Of a stretch of DNA of 64,000 nt, positions 36,601 to 49,144 are shown piece after piece. The position numbers and the translations under genes were made by a program. Source of the DNA: Lama glama (Eukaryota); contig CM052817.1 in assembly GCA_028534125.1 (NCBI GenBank), forward strand, positions 83,516,001-83,580,000, given 5' to 3'. The notes beneath the pieces were generated by a model. The model was not told the DNA's origin. It ran no database searches and saw only the letters and a program-made list of their open reading frames with translations. The stretch's first letter is position 1; each line of letters starts with the position of its first letter.

Positions 36601-38294
36601 TTTTCATAGTCGTTATCAAATTACTGTAGAGTTTGACAATATAGTGATTTTTTTTTTTTAGGTGCTACTGAAGTCACTTAACACTCACTTATAAACTACA
36701 GTTTTTGTAAATTTCATGTGTGCTTTTTGTTTCTGCTGTTTTCTTCATCAGCGGATTGTCAGGCATCAACCGTTTCTGCGGCCGGTGTATTTCTGTTTAA
36801 GGAGGCCTCCCTCCTTCTGGTTGGCAGCTACCGATCTGAGAACAGTTCACCAAATTCGTTAGAATTTGTAAATGAAAATATAAAATGAGAATAAGTAGGA
36901 GTGAATGAATTGGGTTTGGGGTTTAAGCTTTGTGCCATCTGCTTTGGCTACTTCTATGTTTACTTCTGGAGTCTCATCTGTATTCCATTATTGTTCAAAT
37001 GGAGAATGCATGATTTTAGAACAAGTAAATTCCATACATTTTTACAGGTAATTCAATTTTTATGTAGGAAAATGAGAGTTTTCTTTTTTTTTAAGAGAGT
37101 TTTCAATCATAATGTAATTCCACAAACATAAGATTGCCCAAATGTTATTCTTTTATATTATAGGTCTATCCCAAATTTGAAAAATTCCACATTATGAAGG
37201 CTGAGTTTTCAAAATGCTATTTTGCTCAATCTACCAAATTATTTATGATTTAAAAAATGATTGTGGTTGTCAGTATTACCACATAATACATGAATTATTA
37301 CCACATTCACAATTAAGGTGATATTAATTAGTTCCTAACAAAACTCCATTACATGAATTTTTTACCTTGCAATTAAAAATTTTTAATGGACGTGACCTCC
37401 CGTGGCCCTGTTTTCATTGAGTTCTCATTGCTAGCTTATATTACTACTTAGGAAAGAGCTCTTGAACCTGCTAAAGATACTAAATATTTAATTATGTCCT
37501 TATCTGTTGTATTTTATGTCAGAATTGTATTGTTGGCCTAATTGAGATGGTAATCAATGGAAATAAGGACCTGATGACTCGTATATATTAAGCTAAACTT
37601 ATTTGGGCCTCAGAAGATGGCTGGCCATTTGTGTAGTGGAAAATAGAAAATAAGAATATACCCCAGTCTAAATCTTTTAAGTCTTCCTGCAACTGATAAT
37701 TATGAAACAAAGACGATGCTCTTATAAAGGCCCTGAAAAATGTCATGTCTTCTAGGAGTTTGTCATTTGGTAGCAAAGATAGACACATTCCTAAATAACT
37801 TAGATACTGCAGCCTGATAATTAATTATAATAGAACTTTATGGGATGTGTTATGAGGGAAAGGTAGAAAGAGGAATTCTTACTAAGGTAGGAAAAGAGTC
37901 TGGGAAGGCTTCTTGGAAAACATACTACTTGAACTGGATCTTAAAGGAAAATGTATTTTGGATAAGTAGCATTCCACAGTGAAAGAACTGTATGAGTAAA
38001 TGATCTATAGAATAGCTGATTTTTGTTTTGACACTTTACATCTTAAGTATATTATATGCATTAACTCATCGAATTCCAAATAGTCTTGTGAAATACGTAC
38101 CCATATCCAAAGTTACAGGTAGGAGAAGTGAAGCTTGGAGAGGTGTTTGCTCAAGATTATATACCATGGGTTCTGGAGCAGGGAGAAGTCTGTCTGCCAG
38201 GCTCAAAACCAGGAGGTGGAGTGGGTCCCATCCTCCTTGGGAAATGGTCAGTGGGCCAGTAAATATAAAGCATAGAATCGAGGGAAGGCTATGG

Positions 38295-38465
38295 GCAGTG
38301 TTTCCCGAGTCTGCCTTTAACCTAAGGATCACTTGGGGTAACTTGTTCAAAATGGAGATTCAGGCTCTTCCCCTGGAGATTCTGAGCCTCTTGAAGTGGG
38401 GCAGGGCCCTAAATCTGTGTGGTTAACAAGCACCTCAGGTAAGATAGTTTGATCAGCAAGTTGGA
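38295..38465. mobile_element. MER5-like hAT-Charlie DNA transposon
   Basis: CAGTGTTTCCC...ATCACTTGGGG...GGAGATTCTGA...TTAACAAGCACCTCAGGT. Confidence 0.65.
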
Positions 38466-38936
38466 CACATTTAATTAACTTGATTAATGTATAGCAAGAA
38501 ATAAGGCCTCTAACTCCTAATTGGTGTTCAATTGCTAGTAGAATTGGAAATTTTTTTGAAAGAGTTTGGATTTTATTCTATGTTTAATGGGGTGACATTC
38601 AGACTTATGAGCAGGTTATAAAATTATTAGATGTTTACAGAAAAAATGAAATGTTATTTATAGTAAGAAAATGTGGTATTTTGTTAAAATTTAATGTGTC
38701 CTTTTTTATTTTACTTCCAATAAGGTGCTTTTAAAATGAGGAAAGGCTAACTTTATTAAAGAGGTGCCTAAAGCATTTTTTAATTTTAGAGTGCATTTTT
38801 AGGTAATTTTTAACATTCGAGATTGTCATGAGAATTAAGTATGTATGTTTAAACATGAAACATATTATAATTATTATACTGATTCTGCCTTTTAAAATAA
38901 TATTGTTTCTCTGATTTTAAAAGTAATACTTTTTTT

Positions 38937-38999
38937 AATAGAGGTACTGAGGATTGAACCCAGGACCTTGCTCTGCCACTGAGCTATATCCACCTCCCT
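38937..38999 (-). mobile_element. tRNA-derived SINE, internally deleted, with TSD
   Basis: GAGGTACTGAGGATTGAACCCAGGACCTTG...CCACTGAGCTATATCC flanked by GTAATACTTTTTTT at 38923-38936 and 39000-39013. Confidence 0.85.
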
Positions 39000-40549
39000 G
39001 TAATACTTTTTTTTTTGGACCTCAGTACTGATAGAAATATTTGTTTCTCTTCCTTCTTGGCTCCACTCTTTTGGGGCTTCAGACCCCATTACTTCTTACA
39101 TCATGTTTAGCTGGCAAGGTTGCCTTCTACCTACCAGAGAAAATATACACCACCACAGGATTACTGCCTCAGCTTCCTGACTGAAACTAGCAAGTCAGCA
39201 TCTACACCTGCACCCTCCTGTGGGTACTAGCTTTAGGGAAGCGGTGTTGAGCAAGGTCATCTCCCTTCATCTGTTCCCTGGGTGCCATTCCCTCCTGCCA
39301 CCTCAAGAACCTGCTTTGCCCATTATCCCTTTATGAATTAGTCCCCTGTTCTCCAATTCGAGTGGTATGCAGTCCTCATTACAGGAAAGACTCTTACAGA
39401 TCTCTAGAGATGACAGACTTGTTAAATTATAATTTTAAACAAACAGGTATAAACTTTGTGCTTTATAGTTCTTACATAAGATAAAAACAATTTTATAAAC
39501 TAATGCAAATAAACTGTAAAATAAAATTCAATAGCTGGTTTACAACTATAAAAAAGCAAATTTAGAAATTAAAAAAGAAATTAATACAAATAAAACCATA
39601 AAACTTAGAATATTCAGATATACATAGTTTAATGTGACAAATGAAACTAAATTGCAGCTTTAAAGTTTAAATATTTGACTGCTACTGCCCAGGTTCTTTT
39701 GAGTTCTCCATACATATACCGCTCTGGGCCACTCATCCCCCACTACTCCTCTCTGTTTGGAACATAATATCCCACAATAACAAATTAAGACTGCCTCTAA
39801 GAAATTTGCTGTGGCCCTACATGCCCTAGTTTGTTTTCCTTTGGGTATTCCAATGGAACTCTAATTTATCATAATACTATCACTATACGTTATAAATTGA
39901 CCATTTGTCTTTCAGTCTCTGCTGTCTAACCATACAGTTTCAAGTTGAATCCCCAGCACCCATCCATTGAGATCAGAAAATAATTATACCTTTTTTACCT
40001 GCTATAATAAGAACAATTTACCCATGCATTATTCTTTGAAAGCATTTCTATTAACATCATAATACTCATCATACTTTATATATAAAGATGTATTAAACTT
40101 TTCCCCTATTGAACATTTGGATTGCTTTCAGCTTTTCACATTTACAAATTTTATCAATTTTATTTGCATCCCTTATTTTTTTAGAAAAGATCTCTAATAG
40201 TTGAATTACTGGGTCCTGAGAAAGAAATATAATCTAGTGGTTAATGACTTAGTTCGATTCTTGGTTGGCTTTGTTGTCTGCTAGCCACGTGACCATTAAG
40301 ATGAATAACTTCTCTAAGCTTCAGTTTCCTTATTTCAGTATAGGGATATTTATTTCATATATATTCATATACATATGAACAAGTAATTGGAGCAAAGGCT
40401 AAATCTCAATAATGCTAGCTATTATTTTGTACTTACAAAAATATTTAATGTAGGTATTTGCATTTGACAGGTAAAATTTACCTGTTTACACTTCCAATTT
40501 AAGTGAAGAGAACACTTCATCAAAGTATAAAATTTTGAGTTAGAAAATC

Positions 40550-40738
40550 TCAAAACTACAATGAGGTATCACCTCACACCAGTCAGAAATGCCATCATTC
40601 AAAAATCCAAAAATGACAAATGCTGGAGAGGCTGTGGAGAAAGGGGAACCCTCCTACACTGCTGGTGGGAATGCAGTTTGGTGCAGCCACTATGGAAAAC
40701 AGTGTGGAGATTCCTCAAAAGACTAGGAATAGACTTAC
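40550..40738 (+). mobile_element. Young LINE-1 ORF2 C-terminal fragment running into the gap
   Basis: Intact frame [53 protein letters not shown] is the L1 ORF2p cysteine-rich domain. Confidence 0.93.
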
Positions 40739-41238
40739 NNNNNNNNNNNNNNNNNNNNNNNNNNNNNNNNNNNNNNNNNNNNNNNNNNNNNNNNNNNNNN
40801 NNNNNNNNNNNNNNNNNNNNNNNNNNNNNNNNNNNNNNNNNNNNNNNNNNNNNNNNNNNNNNNNNNNNNNNNNNNNNNNNNNNNNNNNNNNNNNNNNNNN
40901 NNNNNNNNNNNNNNNNNNNNNNNNNNNNNNNNNNNNNNNNNNNNNNNNNNNNNNNNNNNNNNNNNNNNNNNNNNNNNNNNNNNNNNNNNNNNNNNNNNNN
41001 NNNNNNNNNNNNNNNNNNNNNNNNNNNNNNNNNNNNNNNNNNNNNNNNNNNNNNNNNNNNNNNNNNNNNNNNNNNNNNNNNNNNNNNNNNNNNNNNNNNN
41101 NNNNNNNNNNNNNNNNNNNNNNNNNNNNNNNNNNNNNNNNNNNNNNNNNNNNNNNNNNNNNNNNNNNNNNNNNNNNNNNNNNNNNNNNNNNNNNNNNNNN
41201 NNNNNNNNNNNNNNNNNNNNNNNNNNNNNNNNNNNNNN
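40739..41238. other. Assembly gap (500 N)
   Basis: Run of N; the round length suggests a placeholder size. Confidence 0.99.
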
Positions 41239-41339
41239 CACAATATTGCCACCAGTTTGAAGCACCTCTCTACGACATCTGCTTGGGAGAACTGTGAAAA
41301 CGTTTGCAATTACAAAATAAGAAAACCAAAGAAACAATG

Positions 41340-42080
41340 GCGCGTATTTATATTAACTCCTAGAAGGCATTGCTTAAAACCATGCATTCTATGCACGAAT
41401 GGAGAGGTTGAGGGTCGTTTCCTTTACCTCGAGGGAAACACAGGCGGAGCGCATCTAAGGTTTTGGACAGCCGTTCCGCGTAGAAACAAAGTGCACAGCG
41501 CGAGGGAAAAAAAAAAGAAAAAACCCAGGGGGACTCCGCCTGTTAATAAATTACGCTGTTCTAAAGGAGTGTGTTTAGGAGTGCGTAACTGGTTAAGTTT
41601 TAGCTACTTCCATTCCGCTCTCCTAGAAATTTAAGTTCATTGGCTCTTTTCAGTCACCTTGGTTCTCTCGGGGACGCTTCCCTGTCTCCCTGGCAACCGG
41701 AGCCGCCACCAATTGCAGCTAAGGATTGGTCGTCACGTGGCCGCTACCACTTCCCGAGCGGAGGCAACATGGCGGCCTCGGTAAGCCGCTGCTGCGAGGT
41801 TTGACTCACTCCACTTGTGGCTGCTGCATCCCTGATGATGGCTTCTCCCGCGTTATGCGGTTCACGTCAGAACCCAGAGAAGCTCCCTGGAGACCCTTCT
41901 TCACAAGAAGAAGATGAGGATTGTGATCTTGAAGATCGGGTCAGCGACTCGGGTTCATACTCCTCTACGAGTACCGATTATGAGTAAGGTTCCCGAAGAG
42001 GGACAATTCAATCCATCCCTTCTGTCCCAAGAGTGTATACGTGGGCTGGGGGGTACTTCGAGAGTGTTGGCGTGGTAGGG
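41340..42080 (+). promoter_or_regulatory. INTU: INTU proximal promoter, CpG-rich region and 5' UTR
   Basis: CpG-enriched. Contains X-box-like GTCTCCCTGGCAAC (41684-41697), CCAAT (41709-41713), ATTGG (41639-41643, 41725-41729), E-box GTCACGTGG (41732-41740) and YY1-like CAACATGGCGGC (41765-41776), directly upstream of the INTU ATG. Confidence 0.85.
41838..41983 (+). CDS. INTU: INTU canonical coding exon 1 ([49 protein letters not shown])
   Basis: Manual translation from ATG 41838 (a tandem in-frame ATG lies at 41835) matches the recalled mammalian INTU N-terminus ([25 protein letters not shown]). The exon is 146 nt and ends GA|GTAAGG (phase 2 donor at 41984), inside a CpG-rich promoter. Confidence 0.95.
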
Positions 42081-43350
42081 ATTGAGTGTTTGAGGTTCTT
42101 TAATAAGTGAGGTTTGTTTGCACCACGTTTCAGTTGTGTGATATTGGGAGCCGAAATAACTGCCATTCTTTGATACTGTAGGTTTTTTGTGGTTCTGAGA
42201 TGAGGAGGCTCTCTTCTTTGTGGTGGATTCTGTAATATATGAGAGAGTATCTGTTGCAGTGTTCATAAAATTCTGTTCTATCGCAGCATCTTCTTTGGTG
42301 TCGTGATCTTTGTGACTTCAACCTCGTTAGTATTTAGAGTGAAGGGAGATCTACCACGTTTTATAAGTCAACTGTTTAAATTATGTGATTTTTTTATCCT
42401 GTTATAAAAATGAATAGGTATATAAAATAATATCCGTCCTCGTCTCACCATGGAGAACAACCTCTCAGCATTTTGGGGGGTATTTCTGTTGTATTTTCCT
42501 ATACATCCACATGATTTCCTTGTTTTATGTCATGATGTAATTTTAAACTACATAAGATCTAAGTGTTATTTTCTACGTTCTTATCCTTAAAAATAATGAA
42601 AAAATTAATTTGATTCACAATACCCAATTATACTTCAGTTTTGGAGCAATTTATCCCTTACTGCTATGGATGAAGAACTTTTTAGAAAAGTCAATTAGTG
42701 GTAGTTTGAAATGACTAGTGGTGAAATGGTCCTGGTGCCAAACATCAATCAGCAACTGCCATAGTCATTTTTAGGATGACATTTTATGAGTATTTAGGAA
42801 TAAAAGATATAAGTATTTAATGTATATTTGGGAGTATCAGTTACTTGGCAATTATTTTCAGCCATAGGTAAAATTGTCTTTAAAAGCATCGGGGGGAGAA
42901 CCACCACTAATGACTGCTTAAATATACTCTGGAGGCTTAATGAGGACAGATTATATTCTGGAAGACTTGTACAAATTTGAGGATATTGAATAGTTTGTAC
43001 AGTCTTCTACTGTAGTCATTTAAAAAGTAATTACAAAATTCATGGCTATCAAGCAAGACTACTAGAAGGGAGAATGGATTATGTGGAACCTTCTTTGGTC
43101 AGGCTCTGAGAGGCATAGACAGTGTGAGACTCAGACTCTTGGTTTCTTTCTATCTTAGAATTCCACACTTAGCCCACAGAAAAATCTATAATTTCCCTGT
43201 GGTCACACAGCTGAGTGTTGTCAGTGCAGGAATTTAAGAGACTTGATTTCAAATGGGGCACCCTGATTTTGGTGAAGATAAATGAGCTACCCCCGTTTAC
43301 TAAGAAAGGGGCAAACTGAGGACTTTGTGTTAGACAACTTGTTATCTCAG

Positions 43351-43439
43351 GGGTGAGTACAGCTCAGTGGCAGAACTTGTGCATGGCATGCACAAGGTTT
43401 GGGTTCAATCCCCAGTGCCACTGTTTAAAAAAAACACAA
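43351..43439 (+). mobile_element. tRNA-derived SINE in INTU intron 1
   Basis: TACAGCTCAGTGGCAGA...GGGTTCAATCCCCAG plus A tail; degenerate TSD AACTTGTTATCTCAG / AACTTGTTTTTTCAG. Confidence 0.85.
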
Positions 43440-44654
43440 AACTTGTTTTTTCAGAGCATCTTGTGATTCAGAATACATGTATATACATATTATATTATAG
43501 TTTTTTTTTAAATGGTCATTAAACATACTGTGTCAGTCATTCACTAATCACTACATATTCCATTATCTTTATCTTCCTAATAATAAAAATACAGTAAATC
43601 TTTATTGTAAACTGTTTTGCTGCTCTATATTTCTGTCTTCCCAAGATTCAGGTTTTATGACTGTCGCTTCTTGGTCTGTAAGACAGGAGCGTTGACTTGC
43701 CGAGCTGGCCGAGTAGGTTTCTGTTCTGTTCTTTCCTTATGATATTTACTTCCCTGAGCTGCAAAGTCACCAATGCAAGTGGTAGCCTTCCCAGCTTGGA
43801 CAGGACACTGGAACATGTAGATCAAAGGTATAGGGATGTGAACCTAATCTTTCTCATGAAAACTAAGAGATACGAATTGCCCATTGTCTTTCACTGCCCA
43901 CATGGAGGTAATTAAGGAAATTACGCTACTTGTTGGTTCACATAAAGTATCCTGAATTTTCAGGGTTGTAGTTGGTTAATTTTTTGCATATTTTCTCTGG
44001 AAATTACCATTGTTTCTTGCATGCTTTGTAACTGATAACCAGTTTGATCTGCATGTGATTGTCAATATAGAATTAATAAGTGGATTGTTTTTGAGATAAA
44101 ATTTCTTTAGGCTACATTGTGATGAAGTACTTTCAATAGGTTTGTTTAAGACATGATGTAAGAGGAAATTTTTAGATTAGTACAGTGCATCTTGACCTGG
44201 CACATTGGCAATGCCTGAGGAAGCTGCATGTGTTAGATTGAGGGAACCAGTGACTAGTTTCAATATTGAAATAACATAAACCATATGTTTGCTTGCAATA
44301 ATGCCACATCTCTGCTTTGCTTTACAATATGCAACTCATTGAAGCAACATCGGTTAGTTCATGTTGGCCAGAATTATCAATCTTATGGCTTAGATATAAT
44401 TTTTAAAATTGAAGTATAGTTGATTTACAATATTGTGTTAACTTCGAGTGTACAGCAAGGTGATTTAGTTTTATATATATATATATTCTATTATTTTCCA
44501 TTAGGATTTTGGATTTTTTTTGTTGTTAGCTTTAAAACCTTGACTGTTGAAGAGAAAAAGGGATACTTTTAAAAGAGGATTTAGCTGTAAGAAGCTAAGG
44601 AACTTCCTTCTTAGAAGACTGGAGGAAAATGGAAATATGTCCTTTAAATTTTTT

Positions 44655-45030
44655 CAGGAATTTATTAACACCTTTATTGCAGTATAATTGAAATACACTA
44701 AACTGTACATATTTAAAGTGTACAGTTCACTAAGCTGCCGTGTATTCATCTGTCAAGATAATAAACATATCCATTTAATCCCAAAGTGTCCCCATGTGCC
44801 TCCCTAATATTACTCATGCCTTACAACCACTTATTTGCTTTCTGTCATGATAGATGAGTTTGTATTTTCTAGAATTTTATAAAAAATCGAATCAGTATGG
44901 ACTCTTTTTTGTCTGACCTCTTTTACTCAGCATAATTATTTTGAGATTCATTCATGCTATTGCCTATATGTAGTTCATCCCTTTTTATTTCTGAATAGGA
45001 TATCATTGTGCAGATATATCAAAATTTGTC
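44655..45030 (-). mobile_element. Old L1M 3' end
   Basis: CTTTATTGCAGTATAATTGAAATAC...ACATATTTAAAGTGTACAGTT...TTTTGAGATTCATTCATG. Confidence 0.8.
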
Positions 45031-46759
45031 TTTTTGGGGGGTTTCAATGTAGAAATGTACTACGTGAAGAATCAAAATATTTCATTCAAAGTCATGATTC
45101 AGTATATTAATATACCATTTAGTATATTTCCCTTTTCTCTGCTACTCTGAACCCTGACTTCTTTTCTCTTTTAATTTTCTTTTATGAACTTATACAAATT
45201 AAAAAGTCAAATAGTATATAACTAGGTTTATGATGAGAAATGGTAATTCTCTGCTAGCATCTCTCTGTACTCCCAGCTCAGTGTGTTTGAGAATTCATTA
45301 TCTGCCTTGTTTCTCCCCTAGTGTTGCCCATCTCTTCTTCTGACATCACTCTCTTCTTACTCAGGTCTTCAAATATAGTAAGTCTCCAGTCCTTTTGACT
45401 TCCTCTTCTGATGTCCACTCCCCCGACTGTTTCCCCCTTCTCAGGGATACTGCCTTACTCAGAGGGCTTGCCTCCCCCTTACACCAGTAGAGTAGCCTCC
45501 ACACTGGCCTGGGTGCCTCTGATTTCTCCCATCCTCAGTCTTTCTTCCATACAACTGCCAGAGTTTGTTTTCTAAAACACAGGTCTAAAACATTTTTTTC
45601 TAAAAGAACCTACTTGAAAAAGATATAATGTGGCAATTCGGATCAGAAATAGAATTAAACACAGGCTTGCCTATTTCCAACAAAGCTAACTACAATGGAG
45701 CAGATAGCCACGTGCTTAACCAGGTCATCCTTGTGATCAGGAGAAGGCTGAGATTAAAAAACTAGCAACTGATATTTCATTTTTGATCTCTGGTGACTGT
45801 ATTGGTCAAAGAATTCAATCCCCTTCAATTACAATGGAATGTCTTTATAAGATAGCCTGAAATAACTTTTGAAAATGAGACTGATTCTGTTAGCACATTT
45901 GCAAATCAAAATAATTTTTTCAACAGATTATTATGAGAGGCATACTGGTGCAGTGTAATGAGTACTGGATTAAGAGGAAGGGTCAGACAACCTGCGCTCT
46001 ATTCTTCCCTCCCGCTAACCATGTGGCCTTAGATGTGTCGCATAATTTCTGTGAGCATTTCATATATTAAAATGAGGATAAAAATACTCATTCAGTTCTG
46101 AGTTTTGCTGATTGAGAGAATGTTTGCTTAAATCTTAGGAACAGGAAAATCATGAGCATGTAGTTGATGACACGGGATTGACAGGAAGACAAAGATGTTA
46201 AAAGTGACGTGTATTTATTTGATTTGAAAGAGGGTTAATCCAAAGTGAATTTCATTTTCTCTATTTTTTCCAGCTTATATTGAAATATAATTGACAAATA
46301 AAAGTTGTACATGCAATTTGATATATGCGTACAGTAGTAGATTCTCCAAGAGGAATGTAAATATCCTTTTACAAGTTTATTTTGCTTGCCTGAAAGTGTT
46401 AACATTTTAATGTCATCAAGACCTCTCTTGTTTTGAGGGACTCAGAATTAGAGGAACTCTTGGTTATAACGTACCATTGTATAAGATGTCTCTAAGTAAC
46501 ACGTTTTCTCATCTTTGTCAGAGGCTTCACTACTTTCTCCATCTTCAGGATGGAGACAGCTATATTCTGAGGGGCCGTGGAGGTAAAGAGAAAACTAAAG
46601 TCTGAGTATGTAAATGTTTCTACCTCTTTGGAAATGGAATCTTTGTATAGATGACCTAGGAAAGATACACTTTTCTTTAACATGAAAACTGTCTTCCTGG
46701 TACTGGGAAGCTTTATGAGCCTTCATATGTTTTGAGTTTTATTTCAAAATTTAAAATAT

Positions 46760-47035
46760 TAGGGTAATTGTGTCAGGGCAGTGGAACTGCTCTGTATGAT
46801 ACTATTGTGGTGCATTTGTCCAAACCCATAGATTGTATACAGAGCAAACCATAATGTAAATTTTGGGTTTGGGATGATAATGATGTGTCCAATATAGGTC
46901 CATTGATTGTAACAAATATACCACCCTGGTGGGAGATGTTGATAATGGAGGAGGCTGTATATGTGGTATATGGGAAATCTATCTTCCCTTCAATTTTGCT
47001 GTGAACCTAAAACTGATCTTTTTTAAAAAAAGCCT
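46760..47035 (+). mobile_element. Old L1M 3' end
   Basis: CATTTGTCCAAACCCATAGA...GTGGGAGATGTTGATAATGG...CAATTTTGCTGTGAACCTAAAACTG plus A tail. Confidence 0.8.
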
Positions 47036-47184
47036 AGTAAATCATTTTTCTAGTCAAAAGCTTGATGGCTTTCCAAATAAACTCCAGATTCCTTAGGATG
47101 CTTTTTAATAGCTCCTTTAGACCTATCCCTAGCCTTTCTGATCTCATCTTTGATGGTCTTTTTTTTAAGCCACCAGTATTCCTA

Positions 47185-47552
47185 CTTGTCTCACCTCTGG
47201 ATGCTGTTTTAAAAACAGCCTAGACTGAATGGCTTATAAACAATAGAAATTTATTTTTTTTTCAGGAGGCTGGAAGTCCAAGATCAGAGTACCAGCATAG
47301 TCAGGTTCTGGTGAGGTCTCTCTTCCAGGTTACAGGCTATAAGTTCTCATTATAATCTCACATAGCAGAGAGGAGAAGCAAGTTCCTTGTGACTCTTATA
47401 AGGGCACTAATCCCATTCGTAAGGGTTCCACCCTTGTGATGTCATCTAATTCTAATTACTTCCCAAGGGCCCCACCTCCTAATACCATCACATTGGGTGC
47501 TAGTGTTTCAACATATAAATTCTGGGGGAACATAAACATTCAGTGTATAACA
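47185..47552 (-). mobile_element. MaLR LTR (MLT1A/MST-like)
   Basis: GGCTTATAAACAATAGAAATTTATT...GAGGCTGGAAGTCCAAGATCA...CCCCACCTCCTAATACCATCACATTGGG...AAACATTCAG. Confidence 0.85.
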
Positions 47553-49144
47553 TTGCTACACTGAAATGTCCATTCTCATTCCTACCATGTTCTTGCACAC
47601 CTACATTTATATGTACTTTGTTCTCTTTGTTTAAAACATCTTTTCTTCCTAGCTCTACTTGTCACAGTCATTCAAGGTCCCATTTAAAGTGCCACCTTCT
47701 CCTAGAACCTTATTTGATTCCTCTTAGACTTAATCTCTCCAAACTCCCCCCTTCTATAGCAGTTTTTATTCCTCACTTTTGGAACTTGCATTTCACCAAG
47801 GTGATGAGCTCTCTGTCCACCTGACATCTTTAAAAGCACAATAAATCCCTATCTGAAAATGATTTGCTGGTCTGTGATTTCAGTTCTACCAAGGTTAGAC
47901 TGTATCCTTAACTGTGAAGTGTAGCCATGCCCCGTTTAGCTGGAGGACTGGGGTAGGGGACAGGCTCATTAGCATAGTTCCAGTGGAGATGTGAAAATTT
48001 ATTTCATGCGGTGAGTACACAGTCAGTAGTTCACTGGCTGATCCCTTCCTATTCTCTGACATGGTTCACGTTTGTCCCAGTGGGGACTGTAGCTCGTCCA
48101 GAAGGAGCATCATCTGCCCATCCCAGGTTCCCCACCTCCTCAAGCTGCTATAACAGCTGGCATAGGCTTGAACTATTAAAATCATGGTTTTCTTTTATAA
48201 AATAATCAAAAGATTTCAGGAATGAAAATTAGATATTGCTGGTGGACAGAGCACAGAAGTGAAAACACAAAAAAAGCATTAGACAGATCAGTACTTACTA
48301 AAGGAGCCCTAGTTAGAATCCTTGATAATCTGTCATGCTGTTTTTATTGTGCATGGTTTTTCTCTGTGCCTAGAATTGTCCTGCTGTACTTATTAGCACT
48401 ATGCAACTGGGTAACTACATGTGTTGGCTACTTTGGTAAACCACATAGTGCTTTCCCCACTAAGAAGGGGGAAAAATGTATAATGTAACAGGTAGTAGCA
48501 GTAGTAGCAAAAGTCTCTTTTCCTTAAGGAAATGTAATGTACCATGAGGGCTGGCTATTTCGTAATGTTTTTCTTATGGTGGCCAAGGAAATCTTGATAC
48601 TATTTCATTTGATGAAAAATGCTGACATTAATAAAACTAAGATCTGAGATATTTGATAACTTAGAAGAAGAAAAAAGATTTAGTGAAAAAAAAAACAAAG
48701 ATTTAGTATCAATATAGAATTCTTGAATACATCAGTAAGTGAGAAACTTACCAGTATTATTTGAAGTTGATTTTCTTTAATATATTTATGTCACAGCTTA
48801 TGTAAGAGAACTTGAACTTGCTTATTTGCAAATTAGCAAGTTTTTCTTTGGGAAGAAGGACTCTACTCATCTTTACTGCATCAGTTAGGGCCTTGAAACC
48901 AATTAAAGTGCCGTTAGACTTTGAGGGTAGACTATAAGTAAATAGTTATTCCTGTTTAGAGCAAAGTACAATAAACAACTTGTAAGAATCTCATTGAAAG
49001 ACATTTACACAATGACAACTTTGCAGCTTGTACTGTAGGACCTCAGAAAAGAAATGAATATTTATATTAATATTGATTAATGTGACTCATGTATTACAGA
49101 AGTCTGAATTAAAACTGCTAGATTTAATTCATTTAAAAATATAA

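Noticed and set aside
40561..41634. 357-aa and other long ORFs in the track
   Set aside because: Artefacts of translating through the 500-N gap; only the first roughly 60 aa (L1 ORF2) are real.
43351..43425. tRNA-like A/B-box sequences as tRNA genes
   Set aside because: A-rich tails, TSDs and degenerate stems mark them as SINEs.
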